Assembly (NCBI GenBank): GCA_020349245.1
Contig: CP070764.1
Coordinates: 4,396,372 to 4,460,371, forward strand
Origin: Chloroflexota bacterium
Lineage (GTDB): Bacteria; Chloroflexota; Anaerolineae; Anaerolineales; UBA4823
DNA length: 64,000 bases
Direction: 5' to 3'
The notes under the pieces are model-generated. The model searched no databases, was not told the origin of the DNA, and saw only the letters and a list, made by a program, of their open reading frames with translations. Position numbers and translations under genes: made by a program. Positions within the stretch are counted from its first letter, which is position 1, and every line of letters starts with the position of its first letter. Below are positions 30,080 to 39,060 of the stretch, piece after piece.

Positions 30080-30252
30080 TGTCCTTCCCCCTGGATCTCT
30101 TCCAGGACTTGAAGGTCTTTCTGCAAATTCCGTTGGCGAACCAACAGGCTGATCAAGTAAATAAACATCAAGCCAAAAATTACCGTATATCCTGCGATCA
30201 TGTAATTCGTTGTGTTAGCGGGTGCTTCTTGCAAGAAAAATGTCAGTAACAT
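30076..30252 (-). CDS. ccmD: CcmD-like haem exporter small subunit (58 aa, absent from ORF track)
   Basis: My own translation: MLLTFFLQEAPANTTNYMIAGYTVIFGLMFIYLISLLVRQRNLQKDLQVLEEIQGEGQ. It has a single TM followed by a basic stretch and sits directly after ccmC, as ccmD does in System I operons. Confidence 0.6.
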   Translation of the reverse strand: MLLTFFLQEAPANTTNYMIAGYTVIFGLMFIYLISLLVRQRNLQKDLQVLEEIQGEGQ

Positions 30253-30265
30253 TTTGTGAATCCTT

Positions 30266-30964
30266 TTATTCCATGGTTTTCAGGCGGAGTTGTTCAACCC
30301 GGTCAGCTTGTTGACCGAGGCGGATGCGATGCCAGAACAAGTCGATGAAAATGAATGTAAAAGTTAATAAGCTGAACATGAAAGTCTGCAGCATCAGGGG
30401 CGTCATATCGAAAGAACCCGTGGCACCTGGGTCCCCGCTGCCTATCACCACGGGGTGAATTGTGCGAAATATCCGGGCAGAGAAGTATGTAATGGGTACA
30501 CTCAGGGATCCCACGATGGCGTAGACTGCGCCGAAGCGCGCCCGTCGATCCGGATCTTCGATCCCCTGGCGCAACATCAGATAAGCGAGATAGATCAAGA
30601 GCATCACCGTGGCTGTAGTTAACCTGGGGTCCCAGGTCCACCACGTATTCCAGATCGGTCGAGCCCAGATTGAACCGGTCACGATATTGATGAAGATAAA
30701 GACAATGCCGATCTCAACAGCTGCCAGACCGACAATATCCCACTTGCGATTCTTCTTGATTAAATAAATGATTCCAGCCACGGCAGCTCCAATGAATCCA
30801 AGCATACCCACCCAACCGGCGGCTACATGGAAATAAAATACTCGCTGGACGTCACCCATCACCGCTTCTTGGGGTGCGTAGAAGAACACCATATATGAGG
30901 CAACCAGAAGCAGGATTATAGTGACGACGTCCAGTATGGAAAGGAGGCGAGGTTTTGATACCAT
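30266..30964 (-). CDS. ccmC: haem exporter protein CcmC
   Basis: Trp-rich WWD motif WARPIWNTWWTWDPRL in a 6-TM protein, following ccmAB. Confidence 0.9.
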   Translation of the reverse strand: MVSKPRLLSILDVVTIILLLVASYMVFFYAPQEAVMGDVQRVFYFHVAAGWVGMLGFIGAAVAGIIYLIKKNRKWDIVGLAAVEIGIVFIFINIVTGSIWARPIWNTWWTWDPRLTTATVMLLIYLAYLMLRQGIEDPDRRARFGAVYAIVGSLSVPITYFSARIFRTIHPVVIGSGDPGATGSFDMTPLMLQTFMFSLLTFTFIFIDLFWHRIRLGQQADRVEQLRLKTME

Positions 30965-31007
30965 AAATTAACTCCAGGAAAGATTTGATAAACACCTACA
31001 ACGTCGC

Positions 31008-31745
31008 TCACTCTTCAACCACGTAATCAAAAACCATGAATGCGACTGCGGAAAATATTATATCGTAGACGATCAGTAAATTTAACCAGGGACGGATGAG
31101 TTCCATTTCACTCCCATCCAGGAAGCCTGTACTGGCCTTAACTGCAGAGAGAATAACTGGCAGCACGACCGGGAATAGCAAGATGGGCAGCAGGATATCG
31201 CGTGTACGGGCTTGAACTGCCATGGCAGCCAGCAGGGTGCCAACGGCGACGTAGCCAATCGAACCGAGCAAGATCACCAGCAACAAACCCAGGGTAAATA
31301 GATTGACGTTGTAAAGAATACTGTAGATTGGCAGGACGATAATCTCAACCATCAACATGAAGACCAGATTACCCAGAGATTTGCCGAAATAAATAGCGCT
31401 GCGGTCGACCGGAGCGAGAAGCAATCCATCGATACAGCCGCGGTCTTTTTCTATTGCCATTGACCGGTTGAGGCCCAGGGTTCCTGCAAAAATAAAAATC
31501 ACCCAGAGAATACCCGCGGTGATGGTCGGCTCTCTCCTTGTTGCTGGATCGAGGTCAAGCGCAAAATTGAAGATCAGGATCACCAGTAACGCAAAGACCA
31601 GCATCGCAGAGAGCAGCTCCCGACTGCGCAGCTCTGCAGAGAGGTCTTTCCAAACCACGGCACCCATGGCACGCAAAAAACCAACCGCCTTATCCGCCGT
31701 CCGCGGTTTCCCTTGTGTAATGGAGGATTCGCGCTGGATGCTCAT
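31008..31745 (-). CDS. ccmB: haem exporter permease CcmB
   Basis: 6-TM ABC-2 type permease between ccmA and ccmC; its start overlaps the ccmA stop. Confidence 0.85.
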   Translation of the reverse strand: MSIQRESSITQGKPRTADKAVGFLRAMGAVVWKDLSAELRSRELLSAMLVFALLVILIFNFALDLDPATRREPTITAGILWVIFIFAGTLGLNRSMAIEKDRGCIDGLLLAPVDRSAIYFGKSLGNLVFMLMVEIIVLPIYSILYNVNLFTLGLLLVILLGSIGYVAVGTLLAAMAVQARTRDILLPILLFPVVLPVILSAVKASTGFLDGSEMELIRPWLNLLIVYDIIFSAVAFMVFDYVVEE

Positions 31746-32443
31746 ATTTTTTTGAGAGCCTCCCGATAGAAACTTAGCAGTTGATCAGTTTTGATCTCCT
31801 CTCTGTTAACTGAGGCGCTGATTACCCCGCGCGAGATGACATCGAAACGGGATGCCAGGTCTGCGGCGCGCGCCAGGTCATGGGAAGTCATGTCAACCGT
31901 GAGGCCTTTAGCGGCAACTTCTCTTAAAACAGTATCCAGCATGGCGCTGGCATCCTGATCTAAGCCGGTGTGGGGTTCATCAAAAAGCATCACGTCAGGA
32001 TCATGCAGTACTGCCCGTCCGATTGCCAGTCGCTGCTGCATCCCACGGGAATAAGTGCGGACCAAGGCCCTGCGGCGGGTTGTCAAGCCGACCAGTTCCA
32101 AGACCTCTGCCACGCGATTGCCCAGATCCTGTACACCGTACATCCGTCCATAAAATCGCAAATTTTCCTCAGCCGTTAGGTCCCCATAGAGGAGAGGTTG
32201 GTGAGAAACGACTCCCAGCCGCCGGCGTACCGCGGCAGCCTGGTCAGGCAGTCGGTATCCAGCGATGATGACCCCTCCCATCGATGGCCGGGAGAGTGAA
32301 GCCAAGATTCGCAGGAATGTGGTTTTTCCTGCGCCATTCGGGCCCAGAAGAGCAACAAATTCTCCTTGTTTTACTTGAAAATCCATCCCGCGCAACACGG
32401 TTTTCAAGCCAAATCGCTTGACAAGCTTGTGAACTTCAATCAT
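31742..32443 (-). CDS. ccmA: haem exporter ATP-binding protein CcmA
   Basis: Walker A GPNGAGKTT, signature YSRGMQQRL, Walker B MLFDEP. Confidence 0.9.
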   Translation of the reverse strand: MIEVHKLVKRFGLKTVLRGMDFQVKQGEFVALLGPNGAGKTTFLRILASLSRPSMGGVIIAGYRLPDQAAAVRRRLGVVSHQPLLYGDLTAEENLRFYGRMYGVQDLGNRVAEVLELVGLTTRRRALVRTYSRGMQQRLAIGRAVLHDPDVMLFDEPHTGLDQDASAMLDTVLREVAAKGLTVDMTSHDLARAADLASRFDVISRGVISASVNREEIKTDQLLSFYREALKKI

Positions 32444-32521
32444 TTCTACTTTGACCTAGATCGCCCACTTGGTAGGTTTCTATACAGTTGGAATTGACAG
32501 AAACCCTTGCTGGCTTCGGGA

Positions 32522-34486
32522 TCACTCCTGTTCCTTATATAAAGACTTGATTCTCGATTTCAGCTCATCGCGTCGCTTGAGGTAAGCATCTTTGGGCAAT
32601 TCTCCCGCCTGGTATTGATCATCAAGAGCCAGTACCGCGTCGAGCAATGTATCCGCATCGTCTTCATCCTGCACGATGAGTGCATCCTTATCGGGTTCGC
32701 TCACCTCTCGCGACTTCTTTCCGTTGCGATTTTGCAGGAACAACCAGCCACCGGCAATGATTAATGCAACACCGAAGGCAAGCAACCCGATGATCAGGTT
32801 TTTGGATGCACCAAGGACAAATCCTGCACCGGTAGATTGGGGGCGTCCAGAAAGGGATATCACCAAATCAGAGCCAGCTTGAACAAGCTCGCTGGAATAC
32901 ATGTGGTAGGCAGTGCCCTGGACATCGCGGGTCCCCATGTCGCTGAGCTGTTCACTTTGGATTTTTATCCCATCCTCCGGTAAAAGGATAATGACTGCAT
33001 CGACCGGCAGGTTGATCAGCTGTTTGAAATCTAACTTGTTTTTGTACGGCAGATCGTATGAATAAATTACCTGGTGCTGACTCGCGCCAGGGCGGACAGG
33101 GGCATAATCACCAAATCCACCATCCTGTATGACATATCTTTCTCCGCTGGTGCCATCCTGGAATTGAAGATTGGTTGCACCTTCTGGCAGGGAGTATGAC
33201 AGGACAGGCTGACCTTCTTCTGCAGCCACAACAGCTTCGTCGCCAGAATTGGATATGATGTACATCTCGACGACTCTCAATGTATCCGGTTCTAGATATT
33301 CAAACAGCAAATGCAAGCGATCAACCGATACGTTTGAGGTATCGCTGGTGGTGTCGTAATAAGCAATGGAGAGGACAATTCTCGCAGTTTCCGGGTCGAC
33401 TACCGCAATATCCGAGCTGTAAGCGATCCCTTCATGTTCAATGCTGGCCAGGAAAGCCCGCCCGGACGGCATGGGGACATCCTCAAAAGTGAAAGAACCA
33501 TCCGCTGCCAGGGGAGAGTCGGCAGAAAAGGTTTGCTCCATCTGGTCAAACCCGTGCAGGGTAACAGACAGATTAGGTGGAAGGTCGACCCCTGAAATAC
33601 TGGTTACATTACCTTCCACGCTGCCAACGCCGGAGGTAATTTCAACTGTTGGAGCTGCTGGTGTGATTTCGCTGGACTGAGATACCGGGGGAGATGGCGT
33701 GATAGCATCACTACTGACTGCGACTTGGGAGGTAAAAGTCAGCGAACGCAGATATGCGCTAAGAGCCCAGCGTTCTTCAGCTGATAGTTTTTCTGAGAAG
33801 GCGGGCATACCTGCAGATTTCCCATCGCTGATCGCCTGGAAGAGATTTTCCGCAGAAAGGTTTGCCATTAATTTTTGGTCTGTAAAGTTTGTGGGCGGTG
33901 CTAATAGATCACCTGCCTGGAGACCTTTCCCATCACCTTCCTCACCGTGACAGGAGACGCAATTTTCCAGGAATAACTGCTCGCCTTGCAGAATTCTTTC
34001 CGCAGGACTGCTTAAAGCATAAAGGTAAGCGACCACATCCCAGCGCTGGCGATCCGTCAGGCTATTGAAAGGCGGCATGCGCCTTTCCAGGTTGCCCTGG
34101 GTAACTATCCGGTACCATTCAGCGGGTGTGGATTGGCGGGCGATTTCATTGGTTCCCAGGGCTGGCGCGGGAACTGGCAGCTGCCCAGCCATTACACCAT
34201 CTCCTAATCCTGTCACACCGTGACAAGGCGCACATTTTTCTGCATAAGTAGCACTACCGGACGACGGGTTCGGGGGGACCATGGGATATAGCGGTCCATT
34301 CATTGGAGGTTGCGTTGGCTGTTCGAATGGTACCTCGGCCCCTGGAGGGGGGGTGATATCCTCTGCAAGCGAGAACGAACAGGCAGTTAATATCAACAGA
34401 AAGAACAGGGAGCAGAAGATGGCTTTTCCCATCGGAAAGCGGGGCTGGTTGATTGTAATAAAAGGAATTTGATTCATGGAATGCAT
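32522..34486 (-). CDS. dihaem cytochrome c lipoprotein fused to beta-sandwich-like domains, a C-terminal TM helix and a short cytoplasmic tail
   Basis: Lipobox LILTAC, CAPCH and CVSCH in two class-I cyt c units, about 330 aa of Ser/Thr/Val-rich extracytoplasmic region, TM helix LIIGLLAFGVALIIAGGWLFL, and tail LALDDQYQAGELPKDAYLKRRDELKSRI. The start may be the internal M (MGKAIF..) at 34432. Confidence 0.75.
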   Translation of the reverse strand: MHSMNQIPFITINQPRFPMGKAIFCSLFFLLILTACSFSLAEDITPPPGAEVPFEQPTQPPMNGPLYPMVPPNPSSGSATYAEKCAPCHGVTGLGDGVMAGQLPVPAPALGTNEIARQSTPAEWYRIVTQGNLERRMPPFNSLTDRQRWDVVAYLYALSSPAERILQGEQLFLENCVSCHGEEGDGKGLQAGDLLAPPTNFTDQKLMANLSAENLFQAISDGKSAGMPAFSEKLSAEERWALSAYLRSLTFTSQVAVSSDAITPSPPVSQSSEITPAAPTVEITSGVGSVEGNVTSISGVDLPPNLSVTLHGFDQMEQTFSADSPLAADGSFTFEDVPMPSGRAFLASIEHEGIAYSSDIAVVDPETARIVLSIAYYDTTSDTSNVSVDRLHLLFEYLEPDTLRVVEMYIISNSGDEAVVAAEEGQPVLSYSLPEGATNLQFQDGTSGERYVIQDGGFGDYAPVRPGASQHQVIYSYDLPYKNKLDFKQLINLPVDAVIILLPEDGIKIQSEQLSDMGTRDVQGTAYHMYSSELVQAGSDLVISLSGRPQSTGAGFVLGASKNLIIGLLAFGVALIIAGGWLFLQNRNGKKSREVSEPDKDALIVQDEDDADTLLDAVLALDDQYQAGELPKDAYLKRRDELKSRIKSLYKEQE

Positions 34487-34501
34487 ATCACCGATAATTT
34501 T

Positions 34502-35122
34502 TTAGCTAGTATTTGTCAGGGCATTACCACACTTGGGGCAGAAGCGATCGGATTTCTGTACAGGGCGCCCACATTGCGGGCAAAATCCTGCAGATTTATC
34601 CTGACGGGCGCGTCGTCTGGCGGCGAGCTGCACTTCAACTTCGTCATCTGCATCGACGATTACGGCATGCGGTTGCTGGTCAGCAAACACATCATCTCTG
34701 TCTCCAGCGGCTGTACGACGTTCCGCGATGGCTGCTTCAATTCGCTCTTCTATCTCAGCATCGGAGATTTCCCCCTGTAACTGATCCAAGTTTCGCAAGA
34801 CCTCAGCTCCTTGCATTAGCAGGCGCTCTCGTTGACCAGGATAATCCTCCTCAGGGATTTTCCCCAGGGTGTTGTCAAAATCCAGTTCTTCAAGAGCTGT
34901 CAGAACACGATCGCGTTCCGCAAGCAGGGTCGAGAGTTCATGTTCCTTTTCATCTTCTTCTGGCGTCAACCCAACTTCCAGCGGGGCAAGCAAGGGTCTT
35001 GAGATATAAAGAGCGGTTAAAATGAGCAGGGCGAGCAGTAGAAAAATCGAGCCAATGTCCATGATAGTTCTTTCTTCAACCAGGGGTATAGTGTTGGCTG
35101 ACGTGTTAGTTGCTGGATTCAA
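34502..35122 (-). CDS. CcmI-like N-terminal module fused to a C-terminal zinc ribbon
   Basis: A TM helix, then LLAERDRVLTALEELDFDNTLGKIPEEDYPGQRERLL. This resembles the CcmI/CycH N-terminal pattern L..L..D...G.I....Y....R. The C-terminus is CPQCGRPVQKSDRFCPKCG. It is located between ccmG and the dihaem gene. Confidence 0.5.
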   Translation of the reverse strand: MNPATNTSANTIPLVEERTIMDIGSIFLLLALLILTALYISRPLLAPLEVGLTPEEDEKEHELSTLLAERDRVLTALEELDFDNTLGKIPEEDYPGQRERLLMQGAEVLRNLDQLQGEISDAEIEERIEAAIAERRTAAGDRDDVFADQQPHAVIVDADDEVEVQLAARRRARQDKSAGFCPQCGRPVQKSDRFCPKCGNALTNTS

Positions 35123-35720
35123 GCAGAGGGTCGATCAAGCTTTGAATCTCAGCCAGAGAAAGGAAAGGAGAAATTTTGAAAGAGGCTAATTTCCCGTCTC
35201 GATCGATAATGTAGGTTTCCGGCACTCCCCGAATTCGGAATGCCTGCGAAATCTTTGTCCTCAGGTCAGGACCGTTAGGGTAAGTGATATCAAATTTTTC
35301 CAGGTATGCTTTTGCTTCGGTTTCAGTGTCAACGTAATCCACGCCTAGGAAGATCACATCACCCCGTGGCTGGTACATCCGCCAGGCAGTCTCCAAATCA
35401 GCAGCCTCCTGTTCGCAAGGTTTGCACCATGAAGCCCAAAAATTCAGCACAACTATTTTCCCGGAGAGGTCCTTTAGGCCAATCTGGTCGCCCTCAAAGG
35501 TGGTCAGGGTAAAATCCGGTACTTTCTCACCAACAGAAACTGGACCTTCCTGGTTGCGCAGGAGGCCAAAAGCCAACAGGGTTAATAAGGCAAATATACC
35601 GACCCAAGCTGCAATCGCGCCAAATGAAAAATTCCTACCAAATAAGGATAATCTGCGTTTTGCCGGTGCGCTGCTTTCACTTCTCTCCAGGTCCGGAGCG
35701 TTTTCTGGCATCTCTGACAT
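35106..35720 (-). CDS. ccmG: thiol:disulfide oxidoreductase CcmG/DsbE (TlpA/ResA-like thioredoxin)
   Basis: N-terminal TM, WASWCKPC active site and GVPETYIID. Confidence 0.88.
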   Translation of the reverse strand: MSEMPENAPDLERSESSAPAKRRLSLFGRNFSFGAIAAWVGIFALLTLLAFGLLRNQEGPVSVGEKVPDFTLTTFEGDQIGLKDLSGKIVVLNFWASWCKPCEQEAADLETAWRMYQPRGDVIFLGVDYVDTETEAKAYLEKFDITYPNGPDLRTKISQAFRIRGVPETYIIDRDGKLASFKISPFLSLAEIQSLIDPLLESSN

Positions 35721-35761
35721 AAATGTACTCCAATAATTTTCCCGGTTTTTCTTTCTGAAAT

Positions 35762-36271
35762 TTACCGGCGCCGTAGTTCGTCTTCAATCCTGGCAACATA
35801 CTCATCTCCCGGCTCTTCAGCGGGCTGACTTTCTTGTGCGAGGATTGGGGAGGCTTGTCTCCAAGATTTCAGGGCACGGTAGAGGATATAAATACCAGCG
35901 ATGAGGACCAAGGGGGGGATGATGTAAACGAGCCAATTCAGACCTCTGGCTGGAGGCGCGGCAAGCACACGATCACCGTATTGGTTTACAAAATAGGTCT
36001 TGATCTGGTCTTCAGTCCATCCCTCAGCTAGCTTTTCGCGAATCAATTCACGCCATTGGGCGCAGGCCTGGGTAGGACAAACGTCCAATGGAATGTTCTC
36101 ACATACCGGGCAGTAAAGTTGTTTTGCTACTGCGTTAACCTCATCATCAGTTGGTCCACTGGCAGGCACTTCCTGGGCAAAAACTGTGCTCACTGATGCG
36201 AGGGAGGCTACTATCGCGATGAGGACAAGCAGGAAAACGAAAATGGGAACTGAACGACTGTTGGGTTTCAT
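35762..36271 (-). CDS. ccmH: cytochrome c-type biogenesis protein CcmH
   Basis: Signal peptide, LYCPVCEN (LRCxxC-type) motif, and a conserved ...QYGDRVLAAPP segment followed by a TM helix. Confidence 0.88.
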   Translation of the reverse strand: MKPNSRSVPIFVFLLVLIAIVASLASVSTVFAQEVPASGPTDDEVNAVAKQLYCPVCENIPLDVCPTQACAQWRELIREKLAEGWTEDQIKTYFVNQYGDRVLAAPPARGLNWLVYIIPPLVLIAGIYILYRALKSWRQASPILAQESQPAEEPGDEYVARIEDELRRR

Positions 36272-38337
36272 GGTTTTGCTGCCACGAAGCTCGTGCTGGT
36301 AGTCTTGACTCGCAACTCTTCAGGATCGCGATCAGGCCAGGCAGCGACAAGCGTGCCGAGAATGAATACAAAGCCTCCCAACCAAAGCCAATTGACGAGC
36401 GGGTTGTGGTAAATTTTGAACGTTGCACCTGCGGTTGAGATAGGCTGCCAGTCAACCAGAAGGATATAGAAATCGTCTTCCCAAGAGCTGCGAACACCGG
36501 GAATCGTCATTGGCTGTTGGGATTCGTAATAGTAATCTCTGCGGGGGTAGAGCTCACCGAGGAACTGATCATTCTTGTTGACACTCATTACTGCTCGGGC
36601 GACATTGCGCCCGTCAGCGGTATCAAAAACCGAAAGCGAATTAAATGTCACAGAATAATCCCCAAGCGTAATCTGCTCACCCTGTGAGATAGTGCCTTGG
36701 GTTTCACTCTGAAATACTTCGATTCCGATGATACCGATTGCCATCAGCACAACGCCCAGATGGATGATATAGCCGCCATACCTGCGCCGGTTACGGCCGG
36801 CTAAATGCCATAATGCAGCTGGAAAACGCTCGCCAGAGCGGCGGTGACGGGCCAGGGCGCCACGCCAGAATTCATACAGGGTTACTGCAGATACGAAGGC
36901 GCACAACCAGAAACCGAGAATCGCTGCCCAGTTGCGCATCCCTCCGACCAGGATAATGACTACGATGACCAATGAGGCGATGAAAGGCTTCCAAATCGCC
37001 TTACCCAAAGTCTTGGTGGAGGAATATCTCCAGGCAGCGAGGGGAGCGACTCCCATGAGAAGCAGCAGACCAGCGAACAGGGGTGCAGTTGCCCTTTCGT
37101 AAAATGGCGGCCCTACGGTGACTTTCTGACCGGTGAATATCTCCGAGATCAGTGGGAAAAGAACTCCCCAGAAGCAAACCACGAGAATACCAATAAAAAG
37201 TAAATTGTTGAGCAGAAACAAAGCTTCCCGGGATAGGAGAGATGACATCTGAGTCTGGGATTTCAACTCATTCCATCGCCGGAGTAATAATGACAGGGAG
37301 ACAATAAATGTCAGACCGATGAAAGCGAAGAAAACAGGACCGATGGCACTCTGTGCAAATGCATGGACTGAGGAAAGCACACCGGAGCGGGTCAAAAAAG
37401 TACCGAAAATTACCAATTCGTATGTCAGGATGATGAGGATCATGTTCCAGTGTTTCAACATGCCGCGTTTTTCCTGGATCATTACCGAATGCAGGAAAGC
37501 TGTGCCTGTTAACCAGGGCATAAATGCCGCGATCTCCACGGGGTCCCATCCCCAATAACCTCCCCAACCCAAGACATCGTACGCCCAACGCCCGCCTAGG
37601 ATTAAGCCGAGAGAGAGAAATAACCAGGCTACCAATGTCCAGCGCCGGGTGATGCGGATCCAGCGATCATCTGTACGACCCGTAACCAGGGCGGCAATCG
37701 CAAATGCATAAGGAATCACAAATGACACAAAACCCAGGTAGAGCATCGGTGGGTGGATGATCATGCCAGGATGGCGGAGAAGCGGGTTCAGCCCGCTTCC
37801 ATCGGCTGCTATATAAGGAACCGAACCGGCTGGCTGTAGCATACCGGTGGTAAACTGCCCGGTGGCTGACTGCCAAATTCGAACAAACGGGTTTTCAATG
37901 AATATACTCAGAGAAAGGAAGAAAGCCAGCGTGACCAGGGAGACAATGATCACCCAGGGTAAAAATTCCTGGTCTCGCTTCCATTTTCGCAGCGTGACAG
38001 CCGAAGCGAAAGCTGCCAACAACCAAGACCAAAAAACCAGCGAGCCTGCCTGACCACCCCATAAAGCTGTGACCTTCAAGTAAAGGGGCATGCTGTTGCT
38101 AGTCACACTGGCGACATACTCTACTTCGTAGGCATTGGTGACCAGGAGATAAATGATGCTCAACGCTGAGACCGTCACCAGCGGGAAGGTCAGCAGCATG
38201 GCGCTGCGCGCACTGGCAATCCAGCGGTGGTCCTTTTTTCGAGCTCCATAGTATGCTGCACTGATTCCAAAAAGAGATATTAAAAACGTGATGATAAGTG
38301 CGCCGTAACCTATATTTGCTACCATAAATATCTCCAA
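36268..38337 (-). CDS. ccmF: cytochrome c haem lyase CcmF
   Basis: 689-aa polytopic protein with the WWD motif WGGYWGWDPVE. Confidence 0.92.
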   Translation of the reverse strand: MEIFMVANIGYGALIITFLISLFGISAAYYGARKKDHRWIASARSAMLLTFPLVTVSALSIIYLLVTNAYEVEYVASVTSNSMPLYLKVTALWGGQAGSLVFWSWLLAAFASAVTLRKWKRDQEFLPWVIIVSLVTLAFFLSLSIFIENPFVRIWQSATGQFTTGMLQPAGSVPYIAADGSGLNPLLRHPGMIIHPPMLYLGFVSFVIPYAFAIAALVTGRTDDRWIRITRRWTLVAWLFLSLGLILGGRWAYDVLGWGGYWGWDPVEIAAFMPWLTGTAFLHSVMIQEKRGMLKHWNMILIILTYELVIFGTFLTRSGVLSSVHAFAQSAIGPVFFAFIGLTFIVSLSLLLRRWNELKSQTQMSSLLSREALFLLNNLLFIGILVVCFWGVLFPLISEIFTGQKVTVGPPFYERATAPLFAGLLLLMGVAPLAAWRYSSTKTLGKAIWKPFIASLVIVVIILVGGMRNWAAILGFWLCAFVSAVTLYEFWRGALARHRRSGERFPAALWHLAGRNRRRYGGYIIHLGVVLMAIGIIGIEVFQSETQGTISQGEQITLGDYSVTFNSLSVFDTADGRNVARAVMSVNKNDQFLGELYPRRDYYYESQQPMTIPGVRSSWEDDFYILLVDWQPISTAGATFKIYHNPLVNWLWLGGFVFILGTLVAAWPDRDPEELRVKTTSTSFVAAKP

Positions 38338-38352
38338 TTTTATTTACATGCA

Positions 38353-38388
38353 ATGCGTGAAACGTATCCCAGCTTACGTTTCACGCAT
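38353..38388 (-). promoter_or_regulatory. perfect 13-bp inverted repeat between ccmE and ccmF
   Basis: atgcgtgaaacgt (38353-38365) pairs with acgtttcacgcat (38376-38388) across a 10-nt loop, inside the 83-bp ccmE-ccmF spacer. There is no U-tract, so it is not a classic terminator. Confidence 0.4.
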
Positions 38389-38420
38389 CATTAGATTCGA
38401 AACTATGTTAGGTCAACACA

Positions 38421-38948
38421 TTAACCTTCAGCTTGCTCCGGCACCACCTCTTCGTATTTTGTGGGGCATTTAAGCAATAATTCGTCCGCGTAGAAAACGC
38501 CATCCTCCGCTAGTTTTCCAGTCATTATGGCTTGGGCTTCATGTCGTAATAGATCAGGCTTGGGTCCAATGTAAACGACCTCCATGCGAGCTCGGTTTGG
38601 GTCGTTTACGGCATCATATAAGACTTTCGCTAATCCACCTTGTGCTTCGATCTCGCTATTATCTCCCGGCACATGGGCGACTGTAAATTTCAAAGTCAAT
38701 GATTGCGGGTCATAAGCAACAGTGTCCCCTATCACGGCGCCAGACACACGCACATCGCGGCCGATATCACTACCTTTTCGCTCGGTTAATTCATCAACGG
38801 TCAGGAAATACTGGGCACTTGCCTGGGTTGAAGTAACAATTAAATAAATAATAGCTGCTACGATCAACAATCCACCTACAATGAACTTTACCCGTCCACC
38901 TGAACCAGTTTGTGTTGGGACGCTGCTATCAGACTCTTGATTTGTCAT
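38421..38948 (-). CDS. ccmE: haem chaperone CcmE, CxxxY variant
   Basis: N-terminal TM plus an OB-fold (RVSGAV...FTV.H; VVYIGPKPDLLRHEAQAIMTGKL..DGVFYADELLLKCPTKYEE). The haem-binding position reads KCPTKY rather than KHxxxY. Confidence 0.85.
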   Translation of the reverse strand: MTNQESDSSVPTQTGSGGRVKFIVGGLLIVAAIIYLIVTSTQASAQYFLTVDELTERKGSDIGRDVRVSGAVIGDTVAYDPQSLTLKFTVAHVPGDNSEIEAQGGLAKVLYDAVNDPNRARMEVVYIGPKPDLLRHEAQAIMTGKLAEDGVFYADELLLKCPTKYEEVVPEQAEG

Positions 38949-39060
38949 AGGTACCTCGTGGATGATGATTTCTTATTTCTCTTCATGGGAGTTAATTTTG
39001 TCACAATTTGATTAACGTAACCTGAGATAATGCGGAATAAAGTATGAGAATGAGATTAAT

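Noticed and set aside
30049-30249. 66-aa plus-strand ORF between the YHS gene and ccmC.
   Set aside because: The minus strand here encodes a better candidate. That is a 58-aa single-TM CcmD-like peptide in operon context, with ATGA coupling to the next gene.
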